A stretch of 64,000 bases of DNA, from assembly GCA_947598325.1 (NCBI GenBank), contig CANQFD010000001.1:138570-202569 (forward strand). Direction: 5' to 3'. The position numbers and the translations under genes were made by a program. This document shows, piece after piece, positions 40,515-50,623 of the stretch (its first letter is position 1; every line of letters starts with the position of its first letter). The notes below the pieces were generated by a model. The model ran no database searches. It saw only the letters and a list, made by a program, of their open reading frames with translations, and was not told the DNA's origin. The DNA comes from an uncultured Bacilli bacterium (GTDB taxonomy: Bacteria; Bacillota_I; Bacilli_A; RF39; UBA660).

Positions 40515-41549
40515 TTATCCTTTCATATATTTTTTTAAAACCTTACTTAGTGCATCAACTGTATTTAATACTTCATCTATCGTATTTTCCTTTGCACCTA
40601 CTTCTATAAGCATAACATTAGGAGATATATCTTGATTATATGCTACACTCCATCCTTTTGTTTCTCTTTTATATATTCCTCTTGACATACAAGGATATAG
40701 ATCATCTGATATATCATCTATTTTTCTTACTATTTTCTCATTTTCTGAGTATGTTTCATTTGATGTACCTATTACAAATAAAATTCTTGCATATTTTTTA
40801 CCATTTATTTCACAAGTTGAAATATTTTTATCAACGGAATCTCTATGTATATCAATAAAATACTTTAAACTAGGATTTTTTGTTTTGGCATTGTTAATAA
40901 AGATTCTAGAAGTCGCATAAACTTCACTATTTTCAAGATTTGATACTCTTATAAATTCAGCCATATTAGTATCTTCTACAATACTTGGAACGCCTAATTT
41001 TGTTAATTTTTCAGAAAGAAGATAGGATGTCATCATTATATTAGGAGTTACATTAAGATTTTCAATACCTCCATTTGAATAAGTTTCAAGTTGATGAGTA
41101 TTATATATATATACCTCTGGATTAGTTACTTCATCAATATTTGGATTATTTATATAAGATGTTAATTTTTCATATGTACTTATATCATAATCATCTTCTG
41201 CTGCCTTCGCATCTTTTTTTACATTATTATTATTTTTATTATCTAATGAACTAGTTATTGTAGTTATTTTAGAATCTAATATGGTATCTGGATTTGATAA
41301 GTCTAATTTTGTTAGTAGTTTTAAACTTTCATTTACTATAAATGTATAATTTGGCTTATCCGTCCTATATGACTCATTAAGCAAATAATTAACATATTTT
41401 TCATTTGTCATATCCATATTATTTTTTATAGAATATTTTAGGGTTAATGAATATGATATATATACTATTACTATTAAAAAAAGAAATTTAACCGAAAAAA
41501 ATTTAAATTTCTTTTTAGATGGATTTTTTTTAAGTTTTATTTTCTTCAT
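40515..41549 (-). CDS. spoIIP: Stage II sporulation protein P (autolysin)
   Basis: VYIYNTHQLETY, YATSR, YFIDIHRDS, YARILFVIG and LIEVGAKEN; follows gpr. Confidence 0.92.
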   Translation of the reverse strand: MKKIKLKKNPSKKKFKFFSVKFLFLIVIVYISYSLTLKYSIKNNMDMTNEKYVNYLLNESYRTDKPNYTFIVNESLKLLTKLDLSNPDTILDSKITTITSSLDNKNNNNVKKDAKAAEDDYDISTYEKLTSYINNPNIDEVTNPEVYIYNTHQLETYSNGGIENLNVTPNIMMTSYLLSEKLTKLGVPSIVEDTNMAEFIRVSNLENSEVYATSRIFINNAKTKNPSLKYFIDIHRDSVDKNISTCEINGKKYARILFVIGTSNETYSENEKIVRKIDDISDDLYPCMSRGIYKRETKGWSVAYNQDISPNVMLIEVGAKENTIDEVLNTVDALSKVLKKYMKG

Positions 41550-41639
41550 ATTATCACCTTTATTATATAATAAAATTATTTTAATAAAATATTTGTCGAT
41601 TATAATATAAAGATACTATTTTTTACTAAATCATATAAA

Positions 41640-42665
41640 TTATAATTCTGTTACTTTTTTATGTAATGCATTATTAATACCGTTTCCTATAATATCACTT
41701 AATTTTTCTATTTCAAAATCTATTTCTTTTGGTGTAACTATCATATTATATCCAAGTGGAATTAGAACTTCGTTTATTAATGATTTTATCTCTTCATCAT
41801 TTAAATTACCAATAAGACCAAATAATTGTTTTTTATCTTCTTCATTAACATTATTTTTATCAATATTTGTTCTAATTATTTTTAATTTTTCTTTTGGTTC
41901 ATCAATGTTATTTTTCATATAAGAAAAATTATTTGTTATATAATTAAATGTATCATTTACGATTGTTACTGTATCTACAACAGTTGGGATTCCAATAGCA
42001 ATTACTGGAATATTTAATACATCTTTGCTTATTTCTTTTCTATTATTTCCTATTCCACTTCCTGGATTTATACCTGCATCTGTTATTTGTACAGTTTTAT
42101 TTATTCTATCTATTGAAGATGCTTTTAGAGCATCTATAACAATTAAAAAGTCTGGTTTTACCTCTTTTACTACAGCAAATACTATATCGCTAGTTTCAAG
42201 TCCTGTTTGACCCATAACTCCTGGATTAAATGCTGCTGTACTTCTAAAGCCTTCTTCTACATTAATACCTAGTTCAAAAAAATGGTTAGTTACTATTATT
42301 TTATTTATCGATAATGGTCCTAAAGAATCAGGTGTACTTTTTTCATTTCCAAGTCCAATAATTAAACATTTAGCTTCATCTGAGATTTTAAGTTTATTTA
42401 ACATTAATTTTAATTCTTCTTCTAATACCTTTTCTATTTCTTTTTTATTATTATAATCAGTAGCATCTGTAAATTCTATAGTAATATATGTTCCTTCTTT
42501 TTTATTATATAAATCTTTATTTTTTTGATCTATAACAACGCTAGTAATGTTTATATTTCCATTTTGTTTTTTTTCTACTACAGTATTTTTATCTTCATCT
42601 TTTATTTCTTCAATAGCAAGGTCAGTTCTTATATTAAATAAACTTGAATCAATATTATGGCCCAT
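41640..42665 (-). CDS. gpr: Spore germination protease GPR
   Basis: RTDLAIE, IGLGNEKSTPDSLGP, PGVMGQTG, VIDAL, ITDAGINPGSGIGN and IVTPKEID. Confidence 0.95.
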   Translation of the reverse strand: MGHNIDSSLFNIRTDLAIEEIKDEDKNTVVEKKQNGNINITSVVIDQKNKDLYNKKEGTYITIEFTDATDYNNKKEIEKVLEEELKLMLNKLKISDEAKCLIIGLGNEKSTPDSLGPLSINKIIVTNHFFELGINVEEGFRSTAAFNPGVMGQTGLETSDIVFAVVKEVKPDFLIVIDALKASSIDRINKTVQITDAGINPGSGIGNNRKEISKDVLNIPVIAIGIPTVVDTVTIVNDTFNYITNNFSYMKNNIDEPKEKLKIIRTNIDKNNVNEEDKKQLFGLIGNLNDEEIKSLINEVLIPLGYNMIVTPKEIDFEIEKLSDIIGNGINNALHKKVTEL

Positions 42666-42682
42666 ATAACCACCTCCATTAC

Positions 42683-42712
42683 TATTTTTACCAAATATTA
42701 TAATAATTATTG
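42683..42712 (-). promoter_or_regulatory. Possible SigF-type promoter of gpr, overlapping the divergent SigA-type rpsT promoter (TTGATT-17-TAAAAT, 42710-42738)
   Basis: The -10 box GGTAAAAATA matches the sigma-F consensus; the -35 CAATA at 15 bp is a weak match. Confidence 0.4.
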
Positions 42713-42771
42713 ATTTTTTATTTATTATTTGATAAAATTATTAAAGCAAAACGTCATGGAGGTGAAATAAA

Positions 42772-43011
42772 GTGGCAAATATAAAAAGCGCAAAGAAAAG
42801 AATACTTGTTAATAGAACTAAACATTCAAATAATTTACCAATAAAATCTGCGATGAAAACAGCAGTAAAAAAAGCAATGGTAGATCCTAACGAAAATACT
42901 GGTAAAGAAGCAATGAAAAAAATCGATAAAGCACTATCTAGCGGAATAATTAAAAAGAATAAGGCTGCAAGATTAAAATCACGTGTATCAAAAAAAATGA
43001 ATAGTAAATAA
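42772..43011 (+). CDS. rpsT: 30S ribosomal protein S20
   Basis: MANIKSAKKRI...IDKALSSGIIKKNKAARLKSR. Confidence 0.95.
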   Translation: MANIKSAKKRILVNRTKHSNNLPIKSAMKTAVKKAMVDPNENTGKEAMKKIDKALSSGIIKKNKAARLKSRVSKKMNSK

Positions 43012-43090
43012 TATCTTTTAAGATATTTTTTTTATTTAAAAATTTTTTTAATTCATACTTCATATGATATAATTATAAGTAGGTGAAAAT

Positions 43091-44017
43091 ATGAAAAAAA
43101 TAATTGGAATAGTTTTTTGTGCACTTTTTTTTATAATAATGTTAGATGAGAAAATATTAAATGAAAGTATATATGATATATATAATAAATATTATAATAG
43201 AAAAACGTATAGTATTGTAACTAATTTAAAAGCTCTTTCACAAGGAAAATACACATATATGGATCATTCTAGTTATGTTCACTCAACAGAAAATTATTAT
43301 CCAAAAAATAAAAATGAATTACTAGATGTATACTATACTATATTAAATAATGGATGGGAAAACTTTTCTTATTATTGTTCTAATTCTTATGGCAAGTGTT
43401 TAAAAGACATTAGAGAATTATCAGATGAACTTGGTGAATTTTCTAGTATAAATCAAATTGTACATCCATATAATTCTTATAAAACTATACAATCAAATTA
43501 TAACAGTAATAAGCGTATTGATTTATCTATTACAAAAAAATATAGTAATGAGGATATAAATAAAATAGAAAAGAAGATGAATAAAATTATAAATGAACTT
43601 AAAATTAATAGTTATAGTTCTGTAGAAGATAAAATTAAAGTTTTTCATGATTATATTGCAAATACAAATAAATATGATGTAAACAAAATTAATGGAAATT
43701 CAAAATATAATTCTGATAGCGCAATTGGAACACTTTTTGAAGGATATTCTATATGTAGTGGATATACTGATACAATGGCTATATTTTTAAATATGATTGG
43801 ACTTGACAATGTTAGAGTTGCCAATGAAAATCACACATGGAATGTTGTTAAGATTAATAACAAATGGAAACATATAGATTTAACGTGGGATGATCCAATT
43901 ACTAATACTGGAGAAGATATTATTAGTTATGATTATTTTTTAATTAGTACTAATGAATTAATAAAAAAAGATGATAAAGAACATTATTTTAATGAAGAAA
44001 TATATGATTTTTTATAG
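43091..44017 (+). CDS. Secreted transglutaminase-like (Cys-His-Asp) protein
   Basis: N-terminal helix; ICSGY, HTWNVV and HIDLTWDD. Confidence 0.8.
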   Translation: MKKIIGIVFCALFFIIMLDEKILNESIYDIYNKYYNRKTYSIVTNLKALSQGKYTYMDHSSYVHSTENYYPKNKNELLDVYYTILNNGWENFSYYCSNSYGKCLKDIRELSDELGEFSSINQIVHPYNSYKTIQSNYNSNKRIDLSITKKYSNEDINKIEKKMNKIINELKINSYSSVEDKIKVFHDYIANTNKYDVNKINGNSKYNSDSAIGTLFEGYSICSGYTDTMAIFLNMIGLDNVRVANENHTWNVVKINNKWKHIDLTWDDPITNTGEDIISYDYFLISTNELIKKDDKEHYFNEEIYDFL

Positions 44018-44041
44018 ATTTAAATACCAATTTTACTTATA

Positions 44042-44911
44042 TTAATTATTATTTATATAGTTTTCTACATTTATTATGGTTTGATTAAAATTATCAAAAT
44101 TGACATCAAACCATTTTATTTTCATTTTATTATTAAACCATGTATATTGTCTTTTAGCATAATGTCTACTATTCTTCTTTATTAAATCTATTGCTTCTTC
44201 TTTTGATATTTTTCCATCAAAGTATTCAAATAATTCTTTATATCCAATAACAGTTTTTAAACTTTTAGCGTTTTTATCTAAATTATAAAAATATTTAGCT
44301 TCCTCTATCAAACCGTTTTTTATCATCTCATCTACCCTATTATTTATTCTATCATATAAATAATTTCTATCTGTAGTAAGACCTATAAAATATACATTAT
44401 CATAAAGTAACTTATCTCCATTTTTATTTTCAGATTTATTTTCTAGATTAATTAATTCACGTATTAATCTTCTTTTATTATTTTTATCTACCTTAGATTC
44501 ATTATTTATATTAAGTATTTTACTATATAACTCTTCTTTTGTTAGATTATCATAATCATTACTCTTTTCATCTTTATTAAATCTATAATCATATAATAGA
44601 GCCTTTATATAAAGTCCTGTGCCTCCAACTATAATTATATTTTTATTTTGATTTTGTAATTCTTTTATTTTATTTCTTGCATCTATTTGATAATCATATA
44701 CTGTATAATCTTCATTATAATCTTTTATATCTATTAAATGATGAACAATACCTTCTTTTTCATCCTCTGTAACTTTAGCAGATGCGATATCCATTTTTCT
44801 ATAAATTTGAACACTATCAGCATTAATAATTTCTGCATTATATTTTTTAGCTAAACTAATACTAAGTTTTGTTTTGCCAACTGCGGTTGGCCCAGTAATA
44901 ACAATAATCAT
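44042..44911 (-). CDS. miaA: tRNA dimethylallyltransferase
   Basis: GPTAVGKT, NADSVQIY, DIASAK, VGGTGLY and YAKRQYTW. Confidence 0.96.
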   Translation of the reverse strand: MIIVITGPTAVGKTKLSISLAKKYNAEIINADSVQIYRKMDIASAKVTEDEKEGIVHHLIDIKDYNEDYTVYDYQIDARNKIKELQNQNKNIIIVGGTGLYIKALLYDYRFNKDEKSNDYDNLTKEELYSKILNINNESKVDKNNKRRLIRELINLENKSENKNGDKLLYDNVYFIGLTTDRNYLYDRINNRVDEMIKNGLIEEAKYFYNLDKNAKSLKTVIGYKELFEYFDGKISKEEAIDLIKKNSRHYAKRQYTWFNNKMKIKWFDVNFDNFNQTIINVENYINNN

Positions 44912-45063
44912 AACTCATCCCTTTTTCAAAATATATTCTAAACTATTTTAGAATTATATTCAACATATTTTTATTCTAACAATTAAAAAAAAAAAGATTT
45001 ATTCTCTAGTACTTTTTGTTCTAAAAAAAAAGTTTTTAATTAAGCTCATAATAAATTATTTTT

Positions 45064-46371
45064 TTATTTTCTATCATTTTTTAATCTACTTTCTACATCT
45101 TTTCTAAGTGAAAATATCGCATATATATTTATAATTGCTTCAAATGCTACTAATATATCAACAAAATTCCATAATGTTGTAGATGAAACCATACATCCTA
45201 AAAATAGTATTATTATAGTTGATAATTTTAAATATAACAAATATCTTTTTTTAATATTTTTAGAGAAATATTTTAAACTAGCTTCCCCATCATAATAACC
45301 TGTTAGTATAGTTGTAAAAGAAAATAATATAATTGATATAAAAACTAAATAATTACCAATATCTCCTAAATGGTATGAAAATGCAAATTGTGTAATTTCT
45401 ATTCCATTTACATCATTTAATACTAAACTTCTATATGGTGAAGTTAATATTATTATTGCAGTAGAAGTACATATTAAAAGAGTTGTAATATAAACTCCAA
45501 TCATTTGAAGATATCCTTGGGATATACAATCTTTTGTTTCAACAGTTGAAGATGCAATTGCGCCTGTTCCAAGACCTGCTTCATTTGAAAAAATACCTCT
45601 TTGAATTCCCATTATCATAGTACCTAAAAATCCTCCTATAAAAGGTTTAAAATGAAAAGCATCCTCTACTATACTTTTTAATATTACTGGAATCATATCT
45701 ATATTTACAATGCATATGTATACTGCAATTAATACATAACCTATTGTCATGAATGGTACTGTTTTACTTGCAGTATTTGCAATTCTTTTAATTCCACCAA
45801 ATATAATGAATGATGTAACTACTGAAATTATAATTCCTATAAGTAATGGTGAAACTGTAGTTATTTCATTTATTGATTTAGTTATTGTATTTGATTGAAT
45901 ACTTAAAAATCCTCCTATATAACTAAAAATAACAATAATAGCATATACACCGCCTAAGAATTTATTATTTAAGCCTTTTTTTATGTAATAACTAGGTCCA
46001 CCTTTATAAATATCTTTTTCATCTTTTTCTTTGTATATAATTCCAAGTACTGTTTCAACAAAACTATTAGAAGCTCCAATAAAGGCAGTTAACCACATCC
46101 AAAATATAGATCCAAGCCCACCAAAATATATTGCAAGTGCAACACCAGCAATACTACCTACACCTATACGACCCGCTAAAACCATCATTAAGGTTTGATA
46201 TGGTTTAACACCTTTTGAATCTTTATTACTAAATAAACTTTTATACATTTTAGTAAATCTAAACTGTACACCTTTTAAAGAAAAAGAAAAATATAACCCC
46301 GAAAAAACAATTAAAAAAGCTGCAATTAACCATATAAAATTATTGATAGTATCTAACACTTTAATCACCAA
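45064..46371 (-). CDS. Alanine/glycine:cation symporter (AGCS, AlsT-like)
   Basis: RIGVGSIAGV, GSIFWMW, GGPSYY, GGIKRIA and RGIFSNEAGLG. Confidence 0.9.
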   Translation of the reverse strand: MVIKVLDTINNFIWLIAAFLIVFSGLYFSFSLKGVQFRFTKMYKSLFSNKDSKGVKPYQTLMMVLAGRIGVGSIAGVALAIYFGGLGSIFWMWLTAFIGASNSFVETVLGIIYKEKDEKDIYKGGPSYYIKKGLNNKFLGGVYAIIVIFSYIGGFLSIQSNTITKSINEITTVSPLLIGIIISVVTSFIIFGGIKRIANTASKTVPFMTIGYVLIAVYICIVNIDMIPVILKSIVEDAFHFKPFIGGFLGTMIMGIQRGIFSNEAGLGTGAIASSTVETKDCISQGYLQMIGVYITTLLICTSTAIIILTSPYRSLVLNDVNGIEITQFAFSYHLGDIGNYLVFISIILFSFTTILTGYYDGEASLKYFSKNIKKRYLLYLKLSTIIILFLGCMVSSTTLWNFVDILVAFEAIINIYAIFSLRKDVESRLKNDRK

Positions 46372-46426
46372 ATATATTTTAATATGTTTACAAGTTTTTA
46401 ATTGTCTTTATTTGTCATATTTTTAA

Positions 46427-48190
46427 TTATACTGCTCTTTTAAATAATTTATCTAATTCATATTTTGGATAATGTATTATTGTTGGTCTTCCATGTGCGC
46501 AGTTAAATGGATTTTCACACTCTTTTAATTTATCAATTAATTTTCTCATTTCTTCAATAGATATAAAGTCTCCTGCCTTTATAGATGCCTTACAAGCCAT
46601 CATCGCAGATATACTATCATTAAATCTTTCTAAATCAAAATTTTTATTCATAGTTATTATCTTTTCTAAAATATTTTTTATAAATACTTCTTCAAGGCCT
46701 TCTTTAAACCATGTTGGATGGGCTTTGATAATAAATGAATTTACACCAAATTCTTCAATATCTATACCTAAATTTTTAATAAAATCTAAGTGTTCAGTTA
46801 TGATTAAAAATTCTTCCTTTGGATATTCTATATTAATTGGAAATAACATACTTATTTTATCTTTTTTAGGGTTTGCCATAGCCTTTTTATATTTTTCATA
46901 ATTTATTCTCTCATCAGCAGCATGTTGATCCATTAAATACATTCCTTTTTCATTTTGACAAACTATATAAACACCTAAAACTTGTCCAACAGGTTCAAGA
47001 AGTGGAAATTCTCTTTTTTTAGGTTCATCTATAACATCAACTGGTTGGTAATTATAAGTATTTTCTTCTTCTTTAATAACATTCTCTGAACTAGAAAAAT
47101 CTAATACTAATTCTTTTATTTCTTCTTGATTTTTAGAATCACTTGTATCTATTTTATTTAATACATTATCGATTTTTATCATTTCATTAGATACAGTAGG
47201 CGCTAAAAAATTATTATTTAATGCTTCTTTTATCTTTTCAAATACAAGGTTTTTTAAATCATCAAAGTTACTGAATTTAATATCCATTTTAGATGGATGA
47301 ACATTAACATCTGTTAAACTAGAATCTACTGTAATATTAAGTACTATAATAGGATATCTATTATCAAATTTATATTTATGATATGCATCATTTATTGTTT
47401 TATTTAATTCAGAATTTCTTACTACCCTACCATTTACAATTGTAATAATATGATTTCTATTTGATTTAGTAATTTCAGGAAGTGATATATATCCATATAT
47501 CTCATAATCATCTGTTTCACCTTTTACCTCAAGCATCTTTTTAGATATTTTAACACCATATATATCATTAATAGTTTTAAGTAAATTACCGCTACCTGAT
47601 GTTTTTAAAATAGTTTTATTATCATTAATTAAAGTAAACCTAATATTTGTATGAGAAAGAGCAGCTCTATGAATAACACTAGTTATATTAGAAAGTTCTG
47701 TATATAAACTATTTAAATATTTAAGTCTTGCAGGTGTATTATAAAATAAGTCTTTAACTTCAATAGTAGTACCCTTTCTTAGATCTCCTAATTTTTGATT
47801 TACAAGTTTGCCTGCTTCTAATTCATAAATAATACTATCTTCTCCATCACATGTTTGAATAATAACATTAGAAACACTAGCAATTGATGGAAGTGCTTCA
47901 CCTCTAAAGCCAAGAGTATTAATATTATATAAATCATCTTCGTCTTTTATTTTACTAGTAGCATGACTTTGAAAACACATAATTGCATCCTCTTTATCCA
48001 TACCACATCCATTATCAGTTACCTTTATAGATTTAACACCTGACTGTATAAGTTCTACTTTTATTTCACTGCTTAAAGCATCAATACTATTTTCAATTAA
48101 TTCTTTTACAACAGAAGCACATTTTTCAACTACTTCACCTGCTGCTATTTTATTAGAAAGAGATTCACTCATTACCATTATTTTTCCCAT
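46427..48190 (-). CDS. mutL: DNA mismatch repair protein MutL (likely start 48190)
   Basis: IAAGEVVE, ELIENSIDA, DNGCGM, GFRGEAL, DQHAADER, ACK and CAHGRP. Confidence 0.96.
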   Translation of the reverse strand: MGKIMVMSESLSNKIAAGEVVEKCASVVKELIENSIDALSSEIKVELIQSGVKSIKVTDNGCGMDKEDAIMCFQSHATSKIKDEDDLYNINTLGFRGEALPSIASVSNVIIQTCDGEDSIIYELEAGKLVNQKLGDLRKGTTIEVKDLFYNTPARLKYLNSLYTELSNITSVIHRAALSHTNIRFTLINDNKTILKTSGSGNLLKTINDIYGVKISKKMLEVKGETDDYEIYGYISLPEITKSNRNHIITIVNGRVVRNSELNKTINDAYHKYKFDNRYPIIVLNITVDSSLTDVNVHPSKMDIKFSNFDDLKNLVFEKIKEALNNNFLAPTVSNEMIKIDNVLNKIDTSDSKNQEEIKELVLDFSSSENVIKEEENTYNYQPVDVIDEPKKREFPLLEPVGQVLGVYIVCQNEKGMYLMDQHAADERINYEKYKKAMANPKKDKISMLFPINIEYPKEEFLIITEHLDFIKNLGIDIEEFGVNSFIIKAHPTWFKEGLEEVFIKNILEKIITMNKNFDLERFNDSISAMMACKASIKAGDFISIEEMRKLIDKLKECENPFNCAHGRPTIIHYPKYELDKLFKRAV

Positions 48191-48257
48191 ACTATTCACC
48201 TAGCAAAATTATATCATAAATTTATTAAAACTTAAAATATAAAAAAAAGATAACTTA

Positions 48258-50024
48258 TTAATTATCTTCATTTAAAAATGTTCTTAAAGTATCAATTATA
48301 TTTTTAGGAATTATTTTAGAAAGTTCTTCATCTGATGCCTCTTTTATACCAGTTAGGGTTTTAAACTTCTTTATTAATTCTTTTCTTCTTTTTTCACCTA
48401 TTCCAGGTATATTATCTAATTTTGATGAAAGAGAGCCTTTACTTCTTATATCCTTATGATAATTAATTGTAAATCTATGAACTTCCTCACTTATCTTTTC
48501 TAAATAGTGAAATAAATCACTATTTTTTTCTATTTCTATTTCTTTTCCATCCTTATTAACAAGAGCACATATTCTATGTTTATCATTTTTTTGCATTCCA
48601 TAAACTGGAATATCTAAACATAAATTATCAAGTACTTCTAGACATGCATTAATCTGAATAATTCCGCCATCAGTTAATATTAAATCTGGTTTAACTAAAT
48701 TATCATTTATAACTCTTGAATATCTTCTTTCTATAACTTCAATCATTAAATGATAATCATCTTTAGCATTACCTTTTATTTTATATTTTCTATAATCCTT
48801 TTTGGATGCTTTTCCATCAACAAATACAACCATACCACTTACTGTATAATCACCAAATAAATGCGAATTATCAAATGATTCTATTCTATGTATATTAATA
48901 CCAAGTAATTTAGATAATTCTTCATTAGCATGAATGCTTCTATTTAAATCATTCTTGATTAAATCAAATTTTTCCTTAACTTTTATTTTTGCATTTTCAT
49001 ATGCCATATCAACTAATTTCTTTTTTGGACCTCTAGTAGGTACTAATACTTTTATACCAAGTATATCACTAAGTAAATTTGTATCTATATCATCTGGTAC
49101 TAATATTTCTTTTGGTAAATCTGATGAATTCTCATAAAATGATATTATAAAATTATTTATTACATCTAACTTATCTTCATTAAGTTCATAAATATAACTA
49201 TTTCTTTCTACTAAATTACCTCCCCTTGAATGAAGAACCTGGATTGATATAAAATCTTTGTATACAAAGTAGTTAAATATATCTCTATTAACATTATCAG
49301 TTAAATCTATTTTTTGTTTTTCTAATACCTTAGAAATATAATCAAGTAATTCTTTTATTTCTTTTGCTTTTTCAAAATTAAGTTTATTTGATGCTTCTAT
49401 CATATCTTGTTTTAATTTTTTAGTTATTTCATCATAATTACCATTTAAGAATGATGTTATTTCATGAACCATTTCATCCGTTTCATTCTTATCTATTTTA
49501 TTATGACAATATCCTAAACACTCACCTATATGGTAATAAAGACATGGTTTATCTTTAAAAGTTTTACATTTTTTAAGTGGATATATTCTATTAAGCATAT
49601 TAACAATATTTTTAGCAGCATAAGAATTTGGATATGGTCCAAATAATTTAACATTTTTTCTTTTTTTATTTTTTTTTGGTCTTACTACTTCAAGTTTTGG
49701 ATATTTATCATATTCAAGTGATATATATGGATATGTTTTATCATCTCTAAATATTATATTATATTTAGGATCATATTTTTTTATTAAGTTTATTTCAAGT
49801 AAAAATGCTTCTTTTTCTGATGATGTTACTATATATTCAAAGTTTGCTATATTAGAAACAAGTGCTTTTGTTTTACCAGTTTTTTCTCCTCTAAAATAAC
49901 TAGTTACCCTATTTTTTAAATTTTTAGCTTTACCTACATATATTACTACATCTGAATTATCTTTCATAAGATAACAACCTGGTAGTTTTGGAAGTAAAGA
50001 TAATTTTTGTTTTATGATATCCAT
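48258..50024 (-). CDS. uvrC: Excinuclease ABC subunit C (likely start MDIIK at 50024)
   Basis: PGCYLMK, YVGKAKNLKNRV, PKYN, CLYYHIGEC, IESFDNSH, SEEVHRF and IPGIG. Confidence 0.96.
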   Translation of the reverse strand: MDIIKQKLSLLPKLPGCYLMKDNSDVVIYVGKAKNLKNRVTSYFRGEKTGKTKALVSNIANFEYIVTSSEKEAFLLEINLIKKYDPKYNIIFRDDKTYPYISLEYDKYPKLEVVRPKKNKKRKNVKLFGPYPNSYAAKNIVNMLNRIYPLKKCKTFKDKPCLYYHIGECLGYCHNKIDKNETDEMVHEITSFLNGNYDEITKKLKQDMIEASNKLNFEKAKEIKELLDYISKVLEKQKIDLTDNVNRDIFNYFVYKDFISIQVLHSRGGNLVERNSYIYELNEDKLDVINNFIISFYENSSDLPKEILVPDDIDTNLLSDILGIKVLVPTRGPKKKLVDMAYENAKIKVKEKFDLIKNDLNRSIHANEELSKLLGINIHRIESFDNSHLFGDYTVSGMVVFVDGKASKKDYRKYKIKGNAKDDYHLMIEVIERRYSRVINDNLVKPDLILTDGGIIQINACLEVLDNLCLDIPVYGMQKNDKHRICALVNKDGKEIEIEKNSDLFHYLEKISEEVHRFTINYHKDIRSKGSLSSKLDNIPGIGEKRRKELIKKFKTLTGIKEASDEELSKIIPKNIIDTLRTFLNEDN

Positions 50025-50210
50025 AATATCACCTTTTCTTATTAAATTTAACTTATTTTCAATATCTATCAAACCTATTGTTTTAAATAATTCATATTAC
50101 TATAACTTTATTCTTCTTATCATTATAATAACAGTTAAATAGATATTAAAAATTACATACTTTAAATAAATTATATCATATTAATTATTTTTATTGTATA
50201 ATTAATTTAG

Positions 50211-50603
50211 GTGAAATTTATGTACGTAATAGATAAAGATATAGAAAACGAAATAGTTATTAAAAAGTCTAGATTTATAGCAAAACTTATATATATTGAT
50301 AATGTTAATGATGTCGATAATATTATTTATAATTTAAAAAAAGAATATAAGAAATCTACTCATATTGCTTACGCATATATAATAAATGGAAAAGAAAAGG
50401 CAGTTGATGATGGAGAACCAAATGGCACTGCAGGTAGACCCATTTTAAACGTTCTTCAAAAGAAAGATATTACAAATGTACTTGCAGTTGTTATTAGATA
50501 TTTTGGTGGCATAAAATTAGGTGCTGGTGGTCTTGTTAGGGCATATACAAATAGTATATCTGAAGCATTTAAATTAACTGAATTAATAGAAAAAGAATAT
50601 TAG
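50211..50603 (+). CDS. YigZ/IMPACT-family protein (N-terminal domain only)
   Basis: IKKSRFI, DDGEPNGTAGRP and RYFGGIKLGAGGLVRAY. Confidence 0.88.
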   Translation: MKFMYVIDKDIENEIVIKKSRFIAKLIYIDNVNDVDNIIYNLKKEYKKSTHIAYAYIINGKEKAVDDGEPNGTAGRPILNVLQKKDITNVLAVVIRYFGGIKLGAGGLVRAYTNSISEAFKLTELIEKEY

Positions 50604-50623
50604 AAAATAACTAATATTCTTTT

